Part shown: piece after piece, positions 7,631 to 17,732 of the stretch
Layout: each line of letters opens with the position of its first letter
How positions within the stretch are numbered: position 1 is the first letter of the stretch
Assembly: GCA_040384705.1 (NCBI GenBank)
Contig: JAZKIU010000001.1
Span: 340,026 to 404,025, forward strand
DNA length: 64,000 bases
Origin: Patescibacteria group bacterium
GTDB taxonomy: Bacteria > Patescibacteriota > Minisyncoccia > Phycocordibacterales > Phycocordibacteraceae
Direction: 5' to 3'
Translations under genes and position numbers: made by a program
Notes under the pieces: model-generated
What the model saw: only the letters and a program-made list of their open reading frames with translations
The model's database searches: none
Told to the model about the DNA's origin: nothing

Positions 7631-8293
7631 ATGGCTAAAGAACAGAAAAGTAATTATTGCGAGTACTGCGGGGACTTCCATGACCCGTTCCGTGAATACA
7701 TGACATCGGTGCGCATCGGAGAGACCATTCCGGACTACGAATTCGAGGCGTTCCAGAGCGATGAGGCGAAGACGATGAAGTTCTCGGACTTCCGCGGCAA
7801 GTGGCTCGTCGTCATGTTCTATCCTGGCGACTTCACTTTCGTGTGCCCTACCGAGCTCGAGGAGATGGCGGGTCTGTATCCGCAGATGCAGGGAATAAAC
7901 GCGGAGGTGCTTTCCTTCTCGACCGATACGGTGCATGTCCACAAGGCGTGGCATGACACCTCTCCCGCGGTGAAGAAGATCAACTTCCCTATGGGCGCCG
8001 ACCCGACCGGAAAGATTGCGAGCGCGTTCGGCGTGCTCATCGAAGGGGGTGACCTAGGGTTCGTTGCTGACGAAGGTCTAGCGCTCCGCGGTACATTCAT
8101 CGTCGATCCAAACGGCACGCTTCGTACCATGGAGGTGCATGACAATTCAGTCGGTCGTGCGGCAACGGAAACGCTTCGTAAGCTCAAGGCTGCCCAGTTC
8201 GTAGAGGCTAATCCAGGAATGGTATGTCCGGCAGCGTGGGACGAAGGAGACGCAGGTATGCAGCCGGGGATGGATAAGGTGGGGAAGATTTAA
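7631..8293 (+). CDS. Peroxiredoxin (AhpC/TSA family)
   Basis: FTFVCPTE peroxidatic-Cys motif; WLVVMFYPGDFTFVCPTELEEM. Confidence 0.85.
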   Translation: MAKEQKSNYCEYCGDFHDPFREYMTSVRIGETIPDYEFEAFQSDEAKTMKFSDFRGKWLVVMFYPGDFTFVCPTELEEMAGLYPQMQGINAEVLSFSTDTVHVHKAWHDTSPAVKKINFPMGADPTGKIASAFGVLIEGGDLGFVADEGLALRGTFIVDPNGTLRTMEVHDNSVGRAATETLRKLKAAQFVEANPGMVCPAAWDEGDAGMQPGMDKVGKI

Positions 8294-8320
8294 ACGAGAG
8301 CTGTTCATATAAAAGATCAA

Positions 8321-8366
8321 GGGTGCCGCGCAATTCTTCGCGCGGCACCCTTCGGCCGTATTCTTC
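8321..8366 (+). terminator. Terminator after the peroxiredoxin gene
   Basis: gggtgccgcgc-aattcttc-gcgcggcaccc then T-rich. Confidence 0.5.
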
Positions 8367-8651
8367 GGCTCAAATCCGTCTCGGACGGCTCGTTCTACGA
8401 GCCGCGTACGCCTGCATCATCTCCGGAGTCGCATGCGGGCTTGGTCCAGCATCGTGAGCTAACGCCCACCGGAAGAAACTAACGCAGGCGGAAAAGATCG
8501 AAATCCCTTGCTTGGGATTTTTATTCTGCATATAACGCCCCTATCGCTAATGAACGGGGTAAGTATGACAGCTGTAGGTCTAATGTCAATCGCACATTCG
8601 CATATATATGTGGTACGGTGCGCGAGGACTCAATCAGCATGGAGATACGGC

Positions 8652-9284
8652 ATGAGCCGGTATAGGAATCTACTCGTCGAATCAGGAGCCATCGTCGAGG
8701 ATCATTTCGTCTATAACTCCGGGCAGCATGGGCGGCTGTATGTGAACAAGACCGCCGGCTTCGTCCCGGTCTCGCACGCCAAGGCGTTCGCGCGCGCGAT
8801 TGCCGACGAGTTCGATAATGTCGAAGCGGTCGTCGGCCCGGAGCTCGGAGCCATCGCGTTGATGGCCCATGTGGCGGCGTACCTGCTCGACACCAGGCCC
8901 TCGGCCGAGGTGTACGAGGTCATGGCGACCAAGATCCCGGGGATCAATCCCCAGGAATTCGAGATCGCACGTGACCAGGCCAGGTTCCTCGTGGGTAAGC
9001 GGGTCCTATTGGTCGAGGACATCTTGACCCAGGGCATCAATGCGCGGGGATCGGTCGCAGCGATCCAGAAGGCGGGCGGGATCATCATCGGCGCCGGCGT
9101 GCTGTGGAATCGCGGCAGCGTTACCGCCGAAACCATCGGCGTGCCCAAGCTCTTCAGCCTCATCGACGAACCCCTCCAAAGCTACGACGAGGATGACTGC
9201 CCCATGTGCAGGATGGGCGTCCCCGTCAATACGGAACTCGGGAAGGGCAAGCAATTCCTCGAACGGAAGCACCGCCCCCACTGA
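8652..9284 (+). CDS. pyrE: Type I phosphoribosyltransferase, most likely orotate phosphoribosyltransferase
   Basis: PRPP-binding motif VLLVEDILTQG; N-terminal FVYNSGQHGRLYVN resembles the PyrE signature (L.SGr.SpyYvn); directly upstream of pyrF. Confidence 0.6.
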   Translation: MSRYRNLLVESGAIVEDHFVYNSGQHGRLYVNKTAGFVPVSHAKAFARAIADEFDNVEAVVGPELGAIALMAHVAAYLLDTRPSAEVYEVMATKIPGINPQEFEIARDQARFLVGKRVLLVEDILTQGINARGSVAAIQKAGGIIIGAGVLWNRGSVTAETIGVPKLFSLIDEPLQSYDEDDCPMCRMGVPVNTELGKGKQFLERKHRPH

Positions 9285-9409
9285 GAGCACTCCTTGCGTG
9301 CGAAGACGAAGCAGAAAGCTCAAGCCCTGGCAGGAAACTGCCGGGGCTTTCTTCTAGGGTAGGAATGTGCCAGTATCACCCCGGACCAAGAACAACAGGA
9401 GGACCAGAG

Positions 9410-10249
9410 ATGGCCCAGACATTCGAACGGCTGAAAGCCCATAACGAGAGCGGGCGCTATCTTTGCGTCGGCCTCGATCCCGATCCGGCGCATGTGGCGA
9501 AGGTCTACAAGCGTACCCATCCCAGCTTAGTGGAGGGGACGGACCTCGAAACCTATTGCCATAGCATCTTCCGGGAGACCCGTCCTTTTGCCGCGACCTA
9601 TAAGGCGCAGTACGCCTGCTGGGCGAAGCATCCCGAGGCGCTTCGCTCGCTCTTCCGCGAGATGCGGCACGATCCTTCCATCCCCCGCATTCTCGATGGG
9701 AAGTTCGGCGATATCGGTAACTCCATGAAGTACTGGGCGGACTTCGCCCTGTACGTCGGCGCCGATGCCGTTACGGTGAGCCCTTACATGGGCGTCACCG
9801 ACGTGACCGAGGAGCTGGTCAAGGCCGGTGTCGATGTCTTCGTCCTGGCGAGCACCTCGAACGAGGGCAGCAAGGATATCCAGCAGCAGCCTCTGCGCGC
9901 CAGCGTGAACGTGGACGAGCTCGTCGCGCAGATGATCCAGCACAGCGCGAAGGTCCTCGGACCGATGTACGGCATGGTCGTCGGCGCCACGCGGCCGGAA
10001 GATATGGGCCGCATGCTGGCGAGCGCGCCGGGTATCCCGGTCCTTTCTCCGGGTGTCGGAGCGCAGGGCGGCGATGTCGAGGCGGTGGTCGGGTTGCTCA
10101 GCCGCCACGACGCGCCTTGGACGATCAACGTGTCGCGCGGCATCGCCGAAGCGCTGAAGTCTCCGCAAGGAGACGAACATTGGCTCCGGGAAGTTCGGGC
10201 AGCGGCGCAAGGCTACGCGTCGCAGTTCCGCGACCTAGCGGCAACCTGA
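9410..10249 (+). CDS. pyrF: Orotidine-5'-phosphate decarboxylase (type 2)
   Basis: LCVGLDP and DGKFGDIGNS motifs; RBS aggagg 8 nt upstream of the ATG at 9410. Confidence 0.8.
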   Translation: MAQTFERLKAHNESGRYLCVGLDPDPAHVAKVYKRTHPSLVEGTDLETYCHSIFRETRPFAATYKAQYACWAKHPEALRSLFREMRHDPSIPRILDGKFGDIGNSMKYWADFALYVGADAVTVSPYMGVTDVTEELVKAGVDVFVLASTSNEGSKDIQQQPLRASVNVDELVAQMIQHSAKVLGPMYGMVVGATRPEDMGRMLASAPGIPVLSPGVGAQGGDVEAVVGLLSRHDAPWTINVSRGIAEALKSPQGDEHWLREVRAAAQGYASQFRDLAAT

Positions 10250-10266
10250 TCTCTTCGAGATCGAAC

Positions 10267-10297
10267 CCTGGCGGGAAATCGCCGGGGTTCACTTTTT
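10267..10297 (+). terminator. Terminator after pyrF (GAAA-loop family)
   Basis: ccctggcggg-aaat-cgccggggtt then cactttttg. Confidence 0.5.
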
Positions 10298-10349
10298 GTA
10301 ATCATGCCCCACGAAGAATGCACCCCCTTCCAAGTGCGCACGAATCTGT

Positions 10350-10430
10350 GCCGGGGGAGAGACTCGAACTCTCAAGCCTTGCGGCAATGGGTTTTGAATC
10401 CATCGTGTATACCATTCCACCACCCCGGCG
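10350..10430 (-). tRNA. tRNA-Leu (anticodon CAA), type II with long variable arm, no encoded CCA
   Basis: Reverse complement GCCGGGGTGGTGGAATGGTATACACGATGGATTCAAAACCCATTGCCGCAAGGCTTGAGAGTTCGAGTCTCTCCCCCGGCA: 7 bp acceptor, 3 bp D stem, anticodon loop TTCAAAA, variable stem-loop GCC-GCAA-GGC, T arm GAGAG-TTCGAGT-CTCTC, discriminator A. Confidence 0.75.
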
Positions 10431-10494
10431 TTATCGTCATCCTACTTCACACCCGCCGAGGTCGCAAAGCGAAGCCGAATGTTACAATACCCGC

Positions 10495-11529
10495 ATGAAT
10501 TTCTTCGGAGGTGCGGAGGATGAGAAAAAGCCGGCGGGATATACCGAACCCACTCGGTACGACTCCGTGTATTGGGTGGCGGTGGATAAGATAGAGCCGA
10601 ACCCGTACCAGCCACGTAAGGAATTCGATGAGAGCGCGCTCAAGTCGCTCGCTGAATCCATTCGCCAGTACGGCATCCTCCAGCCACTCACGGTGACGCG
10701 CAAAGAGGTTGAGAAGCCTGATGGCGGTCTCCAGAGCCAGTATGAGCTCATCGCAGGAGAGCGCCGCCTCCGTGCCTCTAAGCTCATCGGCCTCAAGGAA
10801 GTGCCGGTCGTCATCCGTGTGGGCGAGCAGTCCGACAAGATGAAGCTCGAGCTCGCCATCATCGAGAACCTCCAGCGCGAGGATCTTAACGCGATAGACC
10901 GCGCGAAGGCGCTCCATCAGCTCGTGGACTCGTTCGGGCTCTCGCACGCGGAGGTCGGCGCGAAGATAGGACGCAGTCGCGAGTTCGTCAGCAACTCCAT
11001 TCGCCTTCTCGGCCTTCCTGATGCCATCCAGCAAGCGGTCATAGATAAGGAGCTCACCGAGGGCCATGCCCGTGCGCTCCTCATGCTCACCGATAGGCCG
11101 CTCGAGCGCGATACGCTCTTCAAGGAAATCCTGCTCAAGAAGACCTCGGTGCGCATCGTCGAGCAGATGGCGCGCCGCATAGCGACCGACAAGATACGCA
11201 AGCACGACAAGACGCCGGAGCTCATGGAAATGGAGAAGAGTCTCACGGAATCGCTCGGTACGCGCGTCGTCATCGAGAACCGTCCGAAGGGTGGCCGTGT
11301 GCTCATCGAATTCTTCTCTCCCGAGGACCTTTCCCATATCATCGCTGCGCTCGCGGCCCAGCAGGAGAGTAAGACCGTTATGGTCGCGGAGTCAGCAAAC
11401 CTTTCTGATGAGGAGATAGCGCAGACGGATTCCGTCACATATCCCAATACAACGCAGCTCGAGAATACGACTCCGGTAGAAAAGGCTTCGGAGGATGAAC
11501 TCTATTCCGTGCGCAACTTCTCCGTTTGA
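10495..11529 (+). CDS. parB: Chromosome partitioning protein ParB/Spo0J
   Basis: ParB box LIAGERRLRASKLIGLKEVPVVIR, HTH region, KIEPNPYQPRK N-terminal motif. Confidence 0.8.
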   Translation: MNFFGGAEDEKKPAGYTEPTRYDSVYWVAVDKIEPNPYQPRKEFDESALKSLAESIRQYGILQPLTVTRKEVEKPDGGLQSQYELIAGERRLRASKLIGLKEVPVVIRVGEQSDKMKLELAIIENLQREDLNAIDRAKALHQLVDSFGLSHAEVGAKIGRSREFVSNSIRLLGLPDAIQQAVIDKELTEGHARALLMLTDRPLERDTLFKEILLKKTSVRIVEQMARRIATDKIRKHDKTPELMEMEKSLTESLGTRVVIENRPKGGRVLIEFFSPEDLSHIIAALAAQQESKTVMVAESANLSDEEIAQTDSVTYPNTTQLENTTPVEKASEDELYSVRNFSV

Positions 11530-11544
11530 CCTCGCTCCATCTAC

Positions 11545-11892
11545 GTGGTTTCCTCTCCAGGGATTCGCACGAGAGGAGAGGCTGTGAAAAAACGTTCGCT
11601 TTCACTAAACGATGTATTCAGACCCGTTCACGACGGCTGGGTCATGGACTCGCGTTTGAGCGCTGATGACCGAAAGAAGTATGATGCGCGCAGTCTACTG
11701 AGCATGCTCGGCGAGCTCGAGCTTCTGGTCAGCTTCGATCGAAAGGTCAATGAGATGCAGGGAGAGTGCGTAAAGCGCAGCCTGACCCTTCTCTGCGGCC
11801 AAGCGCGCAACGAAAACCTCTGTGAGAATGAGGTGAGCTCCAGACTGTTTCGTCTCGCTGCGGATATCAAGGTCCTTTCATCCGCTTTCTGA
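11545..11892 (+). CDS. Hypothetical protein (115 aa)
   Basis: ORF only; no motif recognised. Confidence 0.3.
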   Translation: MVSSPGIRTRGEAVKKRSLSLNDVFRPVHDGWVMDSRLSADDRKKYDARSLLSMLGELELLVSFDRKVNEMQGECVKRSLTLLCGQARNENLCENEVSSRLFRLAADIKVLSSAF

Positions 11893-11921
11893 GCGAACGC
11901 CCGGCTCCGGCCGGGCGTTCC

Positions 11922-13613
11922 CTATTTCCCCTTCTTCTTTTTCTGCGCCTTCTTTACGTTCTTCTTCTCGAGCTTACGCTCTTCCTTCCTACGCTCCTTC
12001 TTCTCTACCTTCACCGGATCACGCACGGGAGGCCGTTCATGCTCCTCGAGCGCTGCGCGTATGTGCTTGCGCGCGACGGAGGTCTTCACTAGGTCGAGCC
12101 ACTTAGCGGTAGGGTGCGCCGACTCCCTTCGGATTATCTCCACGATATCCCCGTTACGCAGCTTGGTATCGAACGACACGAGCTTTCCGTTCACCTTCGC
12201 TCCCTGCATATGGTCACCCAGGTCGCTATGTATGGCGTACGCGAAGTCCGCAGGAGTCGATTCGACCGGAAGGTCGATGACATCGCCGCGTGGCGTGAAT
12301 ACGAATACGCGATGCGAGAAGAAGTCGCTCTTGAGCCCTTCGACGAAATCATTCGTCTCGGCGACGGACGCGTGCGCGTCAGCGAGCTCGGTGAGCCAGC
12401 GCGGTATATCCTGTGCCTTCTTCGGGTCGGGGGGTGCGAGGGGTACCTGCACGGCAGGACCTTTCTTGAAGTTCAGGAGCGTTGGGATGAGATCGCGTAC
12501 CCAGGGGAACGAGAGCCTACGGAATGCGGCTTTGGGCGCCGCCTTCCCGAGCTCCTTGTATGACATATGGGAAGCGATACCGAACTGCGCTCGCTTATGC
12601 ATGTCCTTGCTACGTACCTGCATCTCGACGATGCCTGCTTCCGGCGTGATGACGGTCGTATGGAGCGATTGGTATCCGTTGGGTTTAGGGAAGGAGATGT
12701 AGTCCTTGAACTCGCCTGGGAGCGGCTTCCAGAGGGCGTGTATGACGCCGAGTGCGGCATAGCAATCATCGATGGAGGGCACGACGACGCGCAGCGCGGC
12801 GATGTCATGGATGCGGGTGATATCGTCGCCCTTGCGCTTCAATTTCTGGTGCAGGCTCCAGAGCCCTTTCATGCGGATGGCGGTGGAGAAGTCCTTGATA
12901 TCCTTGCGAACGAGCGCGTGCTGCAGGTCCTTCTGCACGCGGGCGAGCCCGGCCTCCGTCTCCTTCGTCTTGAGCTTCCGGACTTCCACGGCATGGTGGT
13001 ATGCATCGGCATCAACTGCGGGGAACGCGAGGTCCTCAAGCTCGCTCTTCATGCGCCCCATACCTAATCGGTCGGCGATCGGTGCATATATCTCGAGCGT
13101 CTCGACCGCGATGCGCTTGCGCTTATGCTCGGGCACGTGCTCGAGCGTCGTCATGTTGTGGTACCTATCGGCGAGCTTGATGATGAGCACGCGCACGTCG
13201 GCCGAGGTCGCTACCAGGAGGCGACGGAGCGACTCGGCATGGCGCTCGCCTCCCTGGTACTTGTGCTTGCCGAGCTTGGTGACGCCCTCGACCAGGAAGA
13301 GGACCTCCGGACCGAACTCGGTCGCTACCTCTTCAGGAGTCGCTTTCGCGTCCTCGATAGCGTCGTGGAGGAGCGCGGCCGCGATGGTCTCCGCATCCAT
13401 GCCGAGCTCGGCGAGATGCTTCGCAACGGCGGAGGGGTGTATGAAGTATGGCTCCCCGGAATACCGGGTGTGGCCTTCATGCGCTTTGCGGGCGAAGTCG
13501 TATGCCTTCTGGATGAGCGCTTCGTCTCCTGCGCTCGGACTGGTCATTTGGGCGATGATTTCCTTGACCGTCGTCATACTGTTCAAGCATACTGGTAACT
13601 TGCGCTTGCGCAA
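11922..13613 (-). CDS. rel: Bifunctional (p)ppGpp synthetase/hydrolase Rel/SpoT (HD + synthetase + TGS)
   Basis: HD motif HDAIEDA near the N-terminus, RelA/SpoT synthetase core, C-terminal TGS KVNGKLVSFDTKLRNGDIVEII; start may be the internal MTTVKE. Confidence 0.85.
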   Translation of the reverse strand: MRKRKLPVCLNSMTTVKEIIAQMTSPSAGDEALIQKAYDFARKAHEGHTRYSGEPYFIHPSAVAKHLAELGMDAETIAAALLHDAIEDAKATPEEVATEFGPEVLFLVEGVTKLGKHKYQGGERHAESLRRLLVATSADVRVLIIKLADRYHNMTTLEHVPEHKRKRIAVETLEIYAPIADRLGMGRMKSELEDLAFPAVDADAYHHAVEVRKLKTKETEAGLARVQKDLQHALVRKDIKDFSTAIRMKGLWSLHQKLKRKGDDITRIHDIAALRVVVPSIDDCYAALGVIHALWKPLPGEFKDYISFPKPNGYQSLHTTVITPEAGIVEMQVRSKDMHKRAQFGIASHMSYKELGKAAPKAAFRRLSFPWVRDLIPTLLNFKKGPAVQVPLAPPDPKKAQDIPRWLTELADAHASVAETNDFVEGLKSDFFSHRVFVFTPRGDVIDLPVESTPADFAYAIHSDLGDHMQGAKVNGKLVSFDTKLRNGDIVEIIRRESAHPTAKWLDLVKTSVARKHIRAALEEHERPPVRDPVKVEKKERRKEERKLEKKNVKKAQKKKKGK

Positions 13614-13886
13614 TGTAGTTAGAGAAAGCGTGCAGCAATACGAGGGGATACGATGCTATGTTCTTTGTGCCATTTTGCCGAGAAGCCGTGCGAGGCAGCG
13701 AAAGAAGGGACTCGGGTGATGTGCGAATGGGCGCGTGAGCGCACCGACGCGATACATGCCGCGGCCCAGGCGCGGCGAGTGCCAGTTCCTCCGGAAGGAA
13801 CGTTGGGGGACCTCGAGCGCCGTTTCGGCTAGTAGCGGCTTCGGCCCACAAAAGAAGACCCCATGGCTTGCGCCGTGGGGTTCCTT

Positions 13887-16295
13887 TTATTTCAAGTATT
13901 CAGCGGCCTCTTCCGGCGTGAACGTATCGGTATCAAGGCTCTCGGGCAGATAAATGCGCCGCAAGCCTTTCTTCAGGAAGAATCCCTGCTTTGATTTATA
14001 GAGCGTGAGCAGCTTGCCGGTCTTGGGGTGCTTGCCGATATCCTTCACGAGCGTGACGCCCTTAGGTGGCTGCTTCGGTATGGCGAGGAGCTCGACCGCG
14101 CGCTCGAACGATACCGTGTACGGATCGTCAGCGCCCTTGAGCGATCGGAACTCGCCGTTATGCGCGATATAGGGACCGAATCGTCCGGTGTTCGCGAGCA
14201 CGGGCTCGTTCGTGTCGGGATGAGACCCTAGCTCGCGCGGGAGCGAGAGATACTTCACCGCGTCAGCGAGCGTGAGCGAAGAAAGGTCGGTGCCCGCGGG
14301 AATGCTTGCGCGCCGCGCATTTATTTTCTTCTTCTTGGGTTTCTTCGCGACACGCTTCTTCGCCCCGGCTTTCTTTGCTGGCTTCTTCGGTTCCTCGACT
14401 ACCTCCGCCTCGGGCTCTTCATCCTCGAGCGGCATCTCGACGTACGGACCGAAGCGCCCGGTGCGTATGAAAATAGGGCGACCGGTATCGGGATGGATGC
14501 CGATAGGTTCATCGTTCTTCACTTCTGTTCCGTCCTCCTGGCGCGCGCCTTCGCACTCGGGGTACCGTGTGCAGCTCATGAACACGCCGCCGCGTCCGAG
14601 CTTGAATTCCATAGGGGCACCGCATACGGGGCACGGGAATTCAGCAGGAGCCGCGCCAAGCGAGGTCGCTTTCGGAAGCTTGTCCTTCGCGAGCACCGCC
14701 TTATTGAAAGGTCCGTAGAATTCCGTAAGCGTCGCTTCATAGCCGCGTTCACCGCGCGCTATCTCATCGAGCTCGTCCTCCATCTCAGCGGTGAAGGAGT
14801 CGCTGATATATTCCGGGAAATGCTCCTCGAGCCAGCCGGACACCACCATGCCGGTCGCGGTTGGCGTGAGCGTCCGTCCAGTTTTCTCGACGTAGCCGCG
14901 GTCCTGGATGGTCTTCATCGTGGAGGCATAGGTCGAAGGGCGTCCGATGCCGCGCTTCTCGAGCTCCTTGATGAGTCCGGCTTCGGTGTATCGGTTAGGC
15001 GGCTCGGTCTGCTTCTCGGTAGCGTCGAGGGAGACGAGGTCGAGCTTTTCTCCTTCGGTGAGCTTCGGAAGTTCCACATCCTCGCCGCGCGCACGGGTGT
15101 CGCAGGCAAGCCAGCCGGGGAATATAACTCTCGACCCGTTCGCGGAGAAGAGCGGTATATCCGCATCAGCCTGTGCTTTCACTCCGGTCTTCTGGAGCTT
15201 CGCTGCCGCCATCTGGGACGCGAGCGTGCGTACGCGGATGAGCTCATAGAGATGCTGCTCGTCGCCGGGCGCGCCTGCGCTGTGCTTGCTCGGATCCGTA
15301 GGACGCACCGCTTCGTGCGCCTCCTGCGCATTCTTGCTCTTCGTCTTGTAGGCACGTGTCTCGACGTATTCCTTCCCGAACTCCGCATCGACTATCTCTG
15401 CGATCTTGGTTATCGCATCCGCACCCAGGTTCACGGAGTCCGTACGCATATACGTAATGTGCCCTGCCTCATACAGCTTCTGTGCCGCGCGCATGGTGCG
15501 GCTCGGCGAGAATCCGAGACGCGTGGACGCGACCTGCTGGAGCGTGGAGGTCGTGAATGGGGGACGCGGGTTACGCTCCTCCGCACGCTCGGTGACGCTC
15601 CCAACCTTCCACGCAGCCTTCTTGCCGAGCGTGAGTATGCGCTCCGCTTCTTCAGCTGTCTTAGGCTGCTCGACGCAGACGGCAGGGAACTTGCCGCCGT
15701 TAGCGGCGAATACGGCATCGAGCGTGAAGTATGTCTCGGGGATGAATGCCTGTATCTCGCGCTCGCGCTCGGCGAGTATGCGTAGCGCAGGGGACTGCAC
15801 ACGCCCGGCGGAGAGGCCGTACCGTACCTTCTTCCAGATGAGGCCGGAGAGGTCGTATCCCACGATGCGGTCGAGCACGCGACGTGCCTCCTGCGCGTAG
15901 CGGAGGTCCTGGTCGATGGCGCGCGGGTGGGTGAGCGCCTCCTCGACGGCTGCCTTGGTTATCTCATGGAACACGACGCGCTGCGGTTTCTTGAGGCCCA
16001 CTGCTTCCTGGACATGCCATGCGATGGCTTCCCCCTCGCGGTCGGGGTCTGTCGCGAGGTATATCTCGTCGGCCTTCGCGGCTGCGATGCGTATGCGCTC
16101 GATGACATCGTGCTTGCCTGCCGATATGACGTAGCGGGGCTTGAACCCGTTCTCGATATCGACGGCATCCTTGTTCGATTTCGGAAGGTCACGGACGTGG
16201 CCCACGGAAGCGAGCACCTCGTATTCCTTTCCGAGGTATTGCTGTATCGTCCTCGCTTTCGCGGGCGACTCGACTATGAGCAATCGTTTAGCCAT
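13887..16295 (-). CDS. topA: DNA topoisomerase I
   Basis: MAKRLLIVESPAKARTIQQYLGKEYEVLASVGHVRDLP Toprim N-terminus; C-terminal Zn-ribbon Cys pairs; 802 aa. Confidence 0.9.
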   Translation of the reverse strand: MAKRLLIVESPAKARTIQQYLGKEYEVLASVGHVRDLPKSNKDAVDIENGFKPRYVISAGKHDVIERIRIAAAKADEIYLATDPDREGEAIAWHVQEAVGLKKPQRVVFHEITKAAVEEALTHPRAIDQDLRYAQEARRVLDRIVGYDLSGLIWKKVRYGLSAGRVQSPALRILAEREREIQAFIPETYFTLDAVFAANGGKFPAVCVEQPKTAEEAERILTLGKKAAWKVGSVTERAEERNPRPPFTTSTLQQVASTRLGFSPSRTMRAAQKLYEAGHITYMRTDSVNLGADAITKIAEIVDAEFGKEYVETRAYKTKSKNAQEAHEAVRPTDPSKHSAGAPGDEQHLYELIRVRTLASQMAAAKLQKTGVKAQADADIPLFSANGSRVIFPGWLACDTRARGEDVELPKLTEGEKLDLVSLDATEKQTEPPNRYTEAGLIKELEKRGIGRPSTYASTMKTIQDRGYVEKTGRTLTPTATGMVVSGWLEEHFPEYISDSFTAEMEDELDEIARGERGYEATLTEFYGPFNKAVLAKDKLPKATSLGAAPAEFPCPVCGAPMEFKLGRGGVFMSCTRYPECEGARQEDGTEVKNDEPIGIHPDTGRPIFIRTGRFGPYVEMPLEDEEPEAEVVEEPKKPAKKAGAKKRVAKKPKKKKINARRASIPAGTDLSSLTLADAVKYLSLPRELGSHPDTNEPVLANTGRFGPYIAHNGEFRSLKGADDPYTVSFERAVELLAIPKQPPKGVTLVKDIGKHPKTGKLLTLYKSKQGFFLKKGLRRIYLPESLDTDTFTPEEAAEYLK

Positions 16296-16329
16296 TAGTA
16301 GAAGGCATACCGCGATGTAGTACGTATGG

Positions 16330-17199
16330 TCAAGTGACGGTCATGCGCGAAGTGCGTCGCCACGCACCGAATGCCTCACGCGCATAGCCTTTCAGTTCGA
16401 GCGTAACGAGCGCGGTTATCGCTATCGCAGGAGCGAGGTTCGACCTTCTGATGAGTTCGCTCCGAGCGAGCGGCTCCGCCAAGAGTGCGTACATGGTTTC
16501 TTCCTCCGGGGATAGGTTCTCGGGCTCGCGGACCTCCTCCTCTCGAGCTGGGATGCCAAGCGCTTCTAATATATGTATGGGCTCTGAAACGGGGGTTGCG
16601 CCAAGCCGCAGGAATAGATGGGCGCCGAATCCATGCAGGTCGCCTATGCGGTGCGGCACGCACAGAAGCTCCCGATTGTATTCAGCCGCGAGCCGGGCCG
16701 TGATGAGCGTCCCAGAGCGCTCCCCAGCTTCTATCATAAGAACGGCCTGAGAGATGCCCACCATAAGGCGGTTCCGCTGCGGGAACATCCAGGGCGCAGG
16801 ATGCGCGTCGGGCTTGTATTCAGAAATAAGCGCCCCACCAGCCTGGAGTATTTCCCTGGCGAGTCCGGCATTCGTGCGAGGGGCGATGACGTTATCGGCA
16901 AGTCCAGAACCTGGAAAGGCAATGGTGTGGAGCCCTGCACTAAGCGCGGCTCTGTGCGCTACGGCGTCAACACCGAGCGCAAGTCCGGAAGCGATAGTGA
17001 TAGGATAGCCGGCAAGTTCTGCGATGAGTTTTTCGCATGCTTGCTTTCCGTATGGAGTGAGCGCGCGGGACCCCACGACGGTCAGAAGTTCATTCCTGAT
17101 GGGCGGGAGTGCGCCGCGAATCCAGAGCTGCTCCGGCACTTGGGGTATCTCTCGCAACTGTACTGGGTAGTCGTTTGGAGCAATAGTTCGTATTTCCAT
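16330..17199 (-). CDS. dprA: DNA processing protein DprA (Smf)
   Basis: Rossmann-like SRALTPYGKQACEKLIAELAG...GLALGVDAVAHRAAL, DprA family. Confidence 0.85.
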   Translation of the reverse strand: MEIRTIAPNDYPVQLREIPQVPEQLWIRGALPPIRNELLTVVGSRALTPYGKQACEKLIAELAGYPITIASGLALGVDAVAHRAALSAGLHTIAFPGSGLADNVIAPRTNAGLAREILQAGGALISEYKPDAHPAPWMFPQRNRLMVGISQAVLMIEAGERSGTLITARLAAEYNRELLCVPHRIGDLHGFGAHLFLRLGATPVSEPIHILEALGIPAREEEVREPENLSPEEETMYALLAEPLARSELIRRSNLAPAIAITALVTLELKGYAREAFGAWRRTSRMTVT

Positions 17200-17292
17200 C
17201 CGGACAGTATGCGAACTAAATATGATGGAAAGATAAAAACCTCGCGCCGGCAGATGCCGGCGCGCTTCATTGCCCTCTTGTCGATAATCGCC

Positions 17293-17646
17293 TTAGGCGA
17301 GTTCCTTGAGCCCGAGTATCTTCCGATATTCCGGGTTGGCGAGTGTTTTCCTCGCGTATAGTTCGCACGTCCCGCAGTAGCGCAGCACCATGTAGGTAAT
17401 GCTCTCTTTCGAGAAGATGCCATGCGATGGGGTATTCCTGTGGACCCGGAGCCGTCTCATCACGAACCAGACCTTGTCCCCATACCGGTCCACGAGCTTC
17501 TGCTCGGAATCGAACGCATGGAACGTTTCCCCATCGGTCCGTCGATAGAGCGCCTTCCGCTTCTTCGGAAGGATATCGAAGGCCTGTACTCCTAGTCGAA
17601 CGAGCTCTTCGAGCGAAAGATCTTCCTGTATAGCTACGCTTCCCAT
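17293..17646 (-). CDS. Hypothetical protein (117 aa)
   Basis: ORF in the divergent dprA/serS intergenic region; plausible composition; no motif. Confidence 0.35.
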   Translation of the reverse strand: MGSVAIQEDLSLEELVRLGVQAFDILPKKRKALYRRTDGETFHAFDSEQKLVDRYGDKVWFVMRRLRVHRNTPSHGIFSKESITYMVLRYCGTCELYARKTLANPEYRKILGLKELA

Positions 17647-17732
17647 TATTCCCTCCTTTGGGCCGAGCTTACCTGCAATCTACCACCCCGCAGCTTTTCG
17701 GCTAAGCTCCGCTGCCGTACAATAGGTGGACA

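Noticed and set aside
8366-8651. Possible attenuator or riboswitch upstream of pyrE (hairpin ggaaatccc-ttgctt-gggatttt then T-run at about 8498-8530)
   Set aside because: Only one short hairpin and no recognisable PyrR-binding or other riboswitch consensus. Too weak to report as a feature.
14493-15785. 430 aa plus-strand ORF inside topA
   Set aside because: Antisense shadow of a highly conserved 802 aa topoisomerase I gene.
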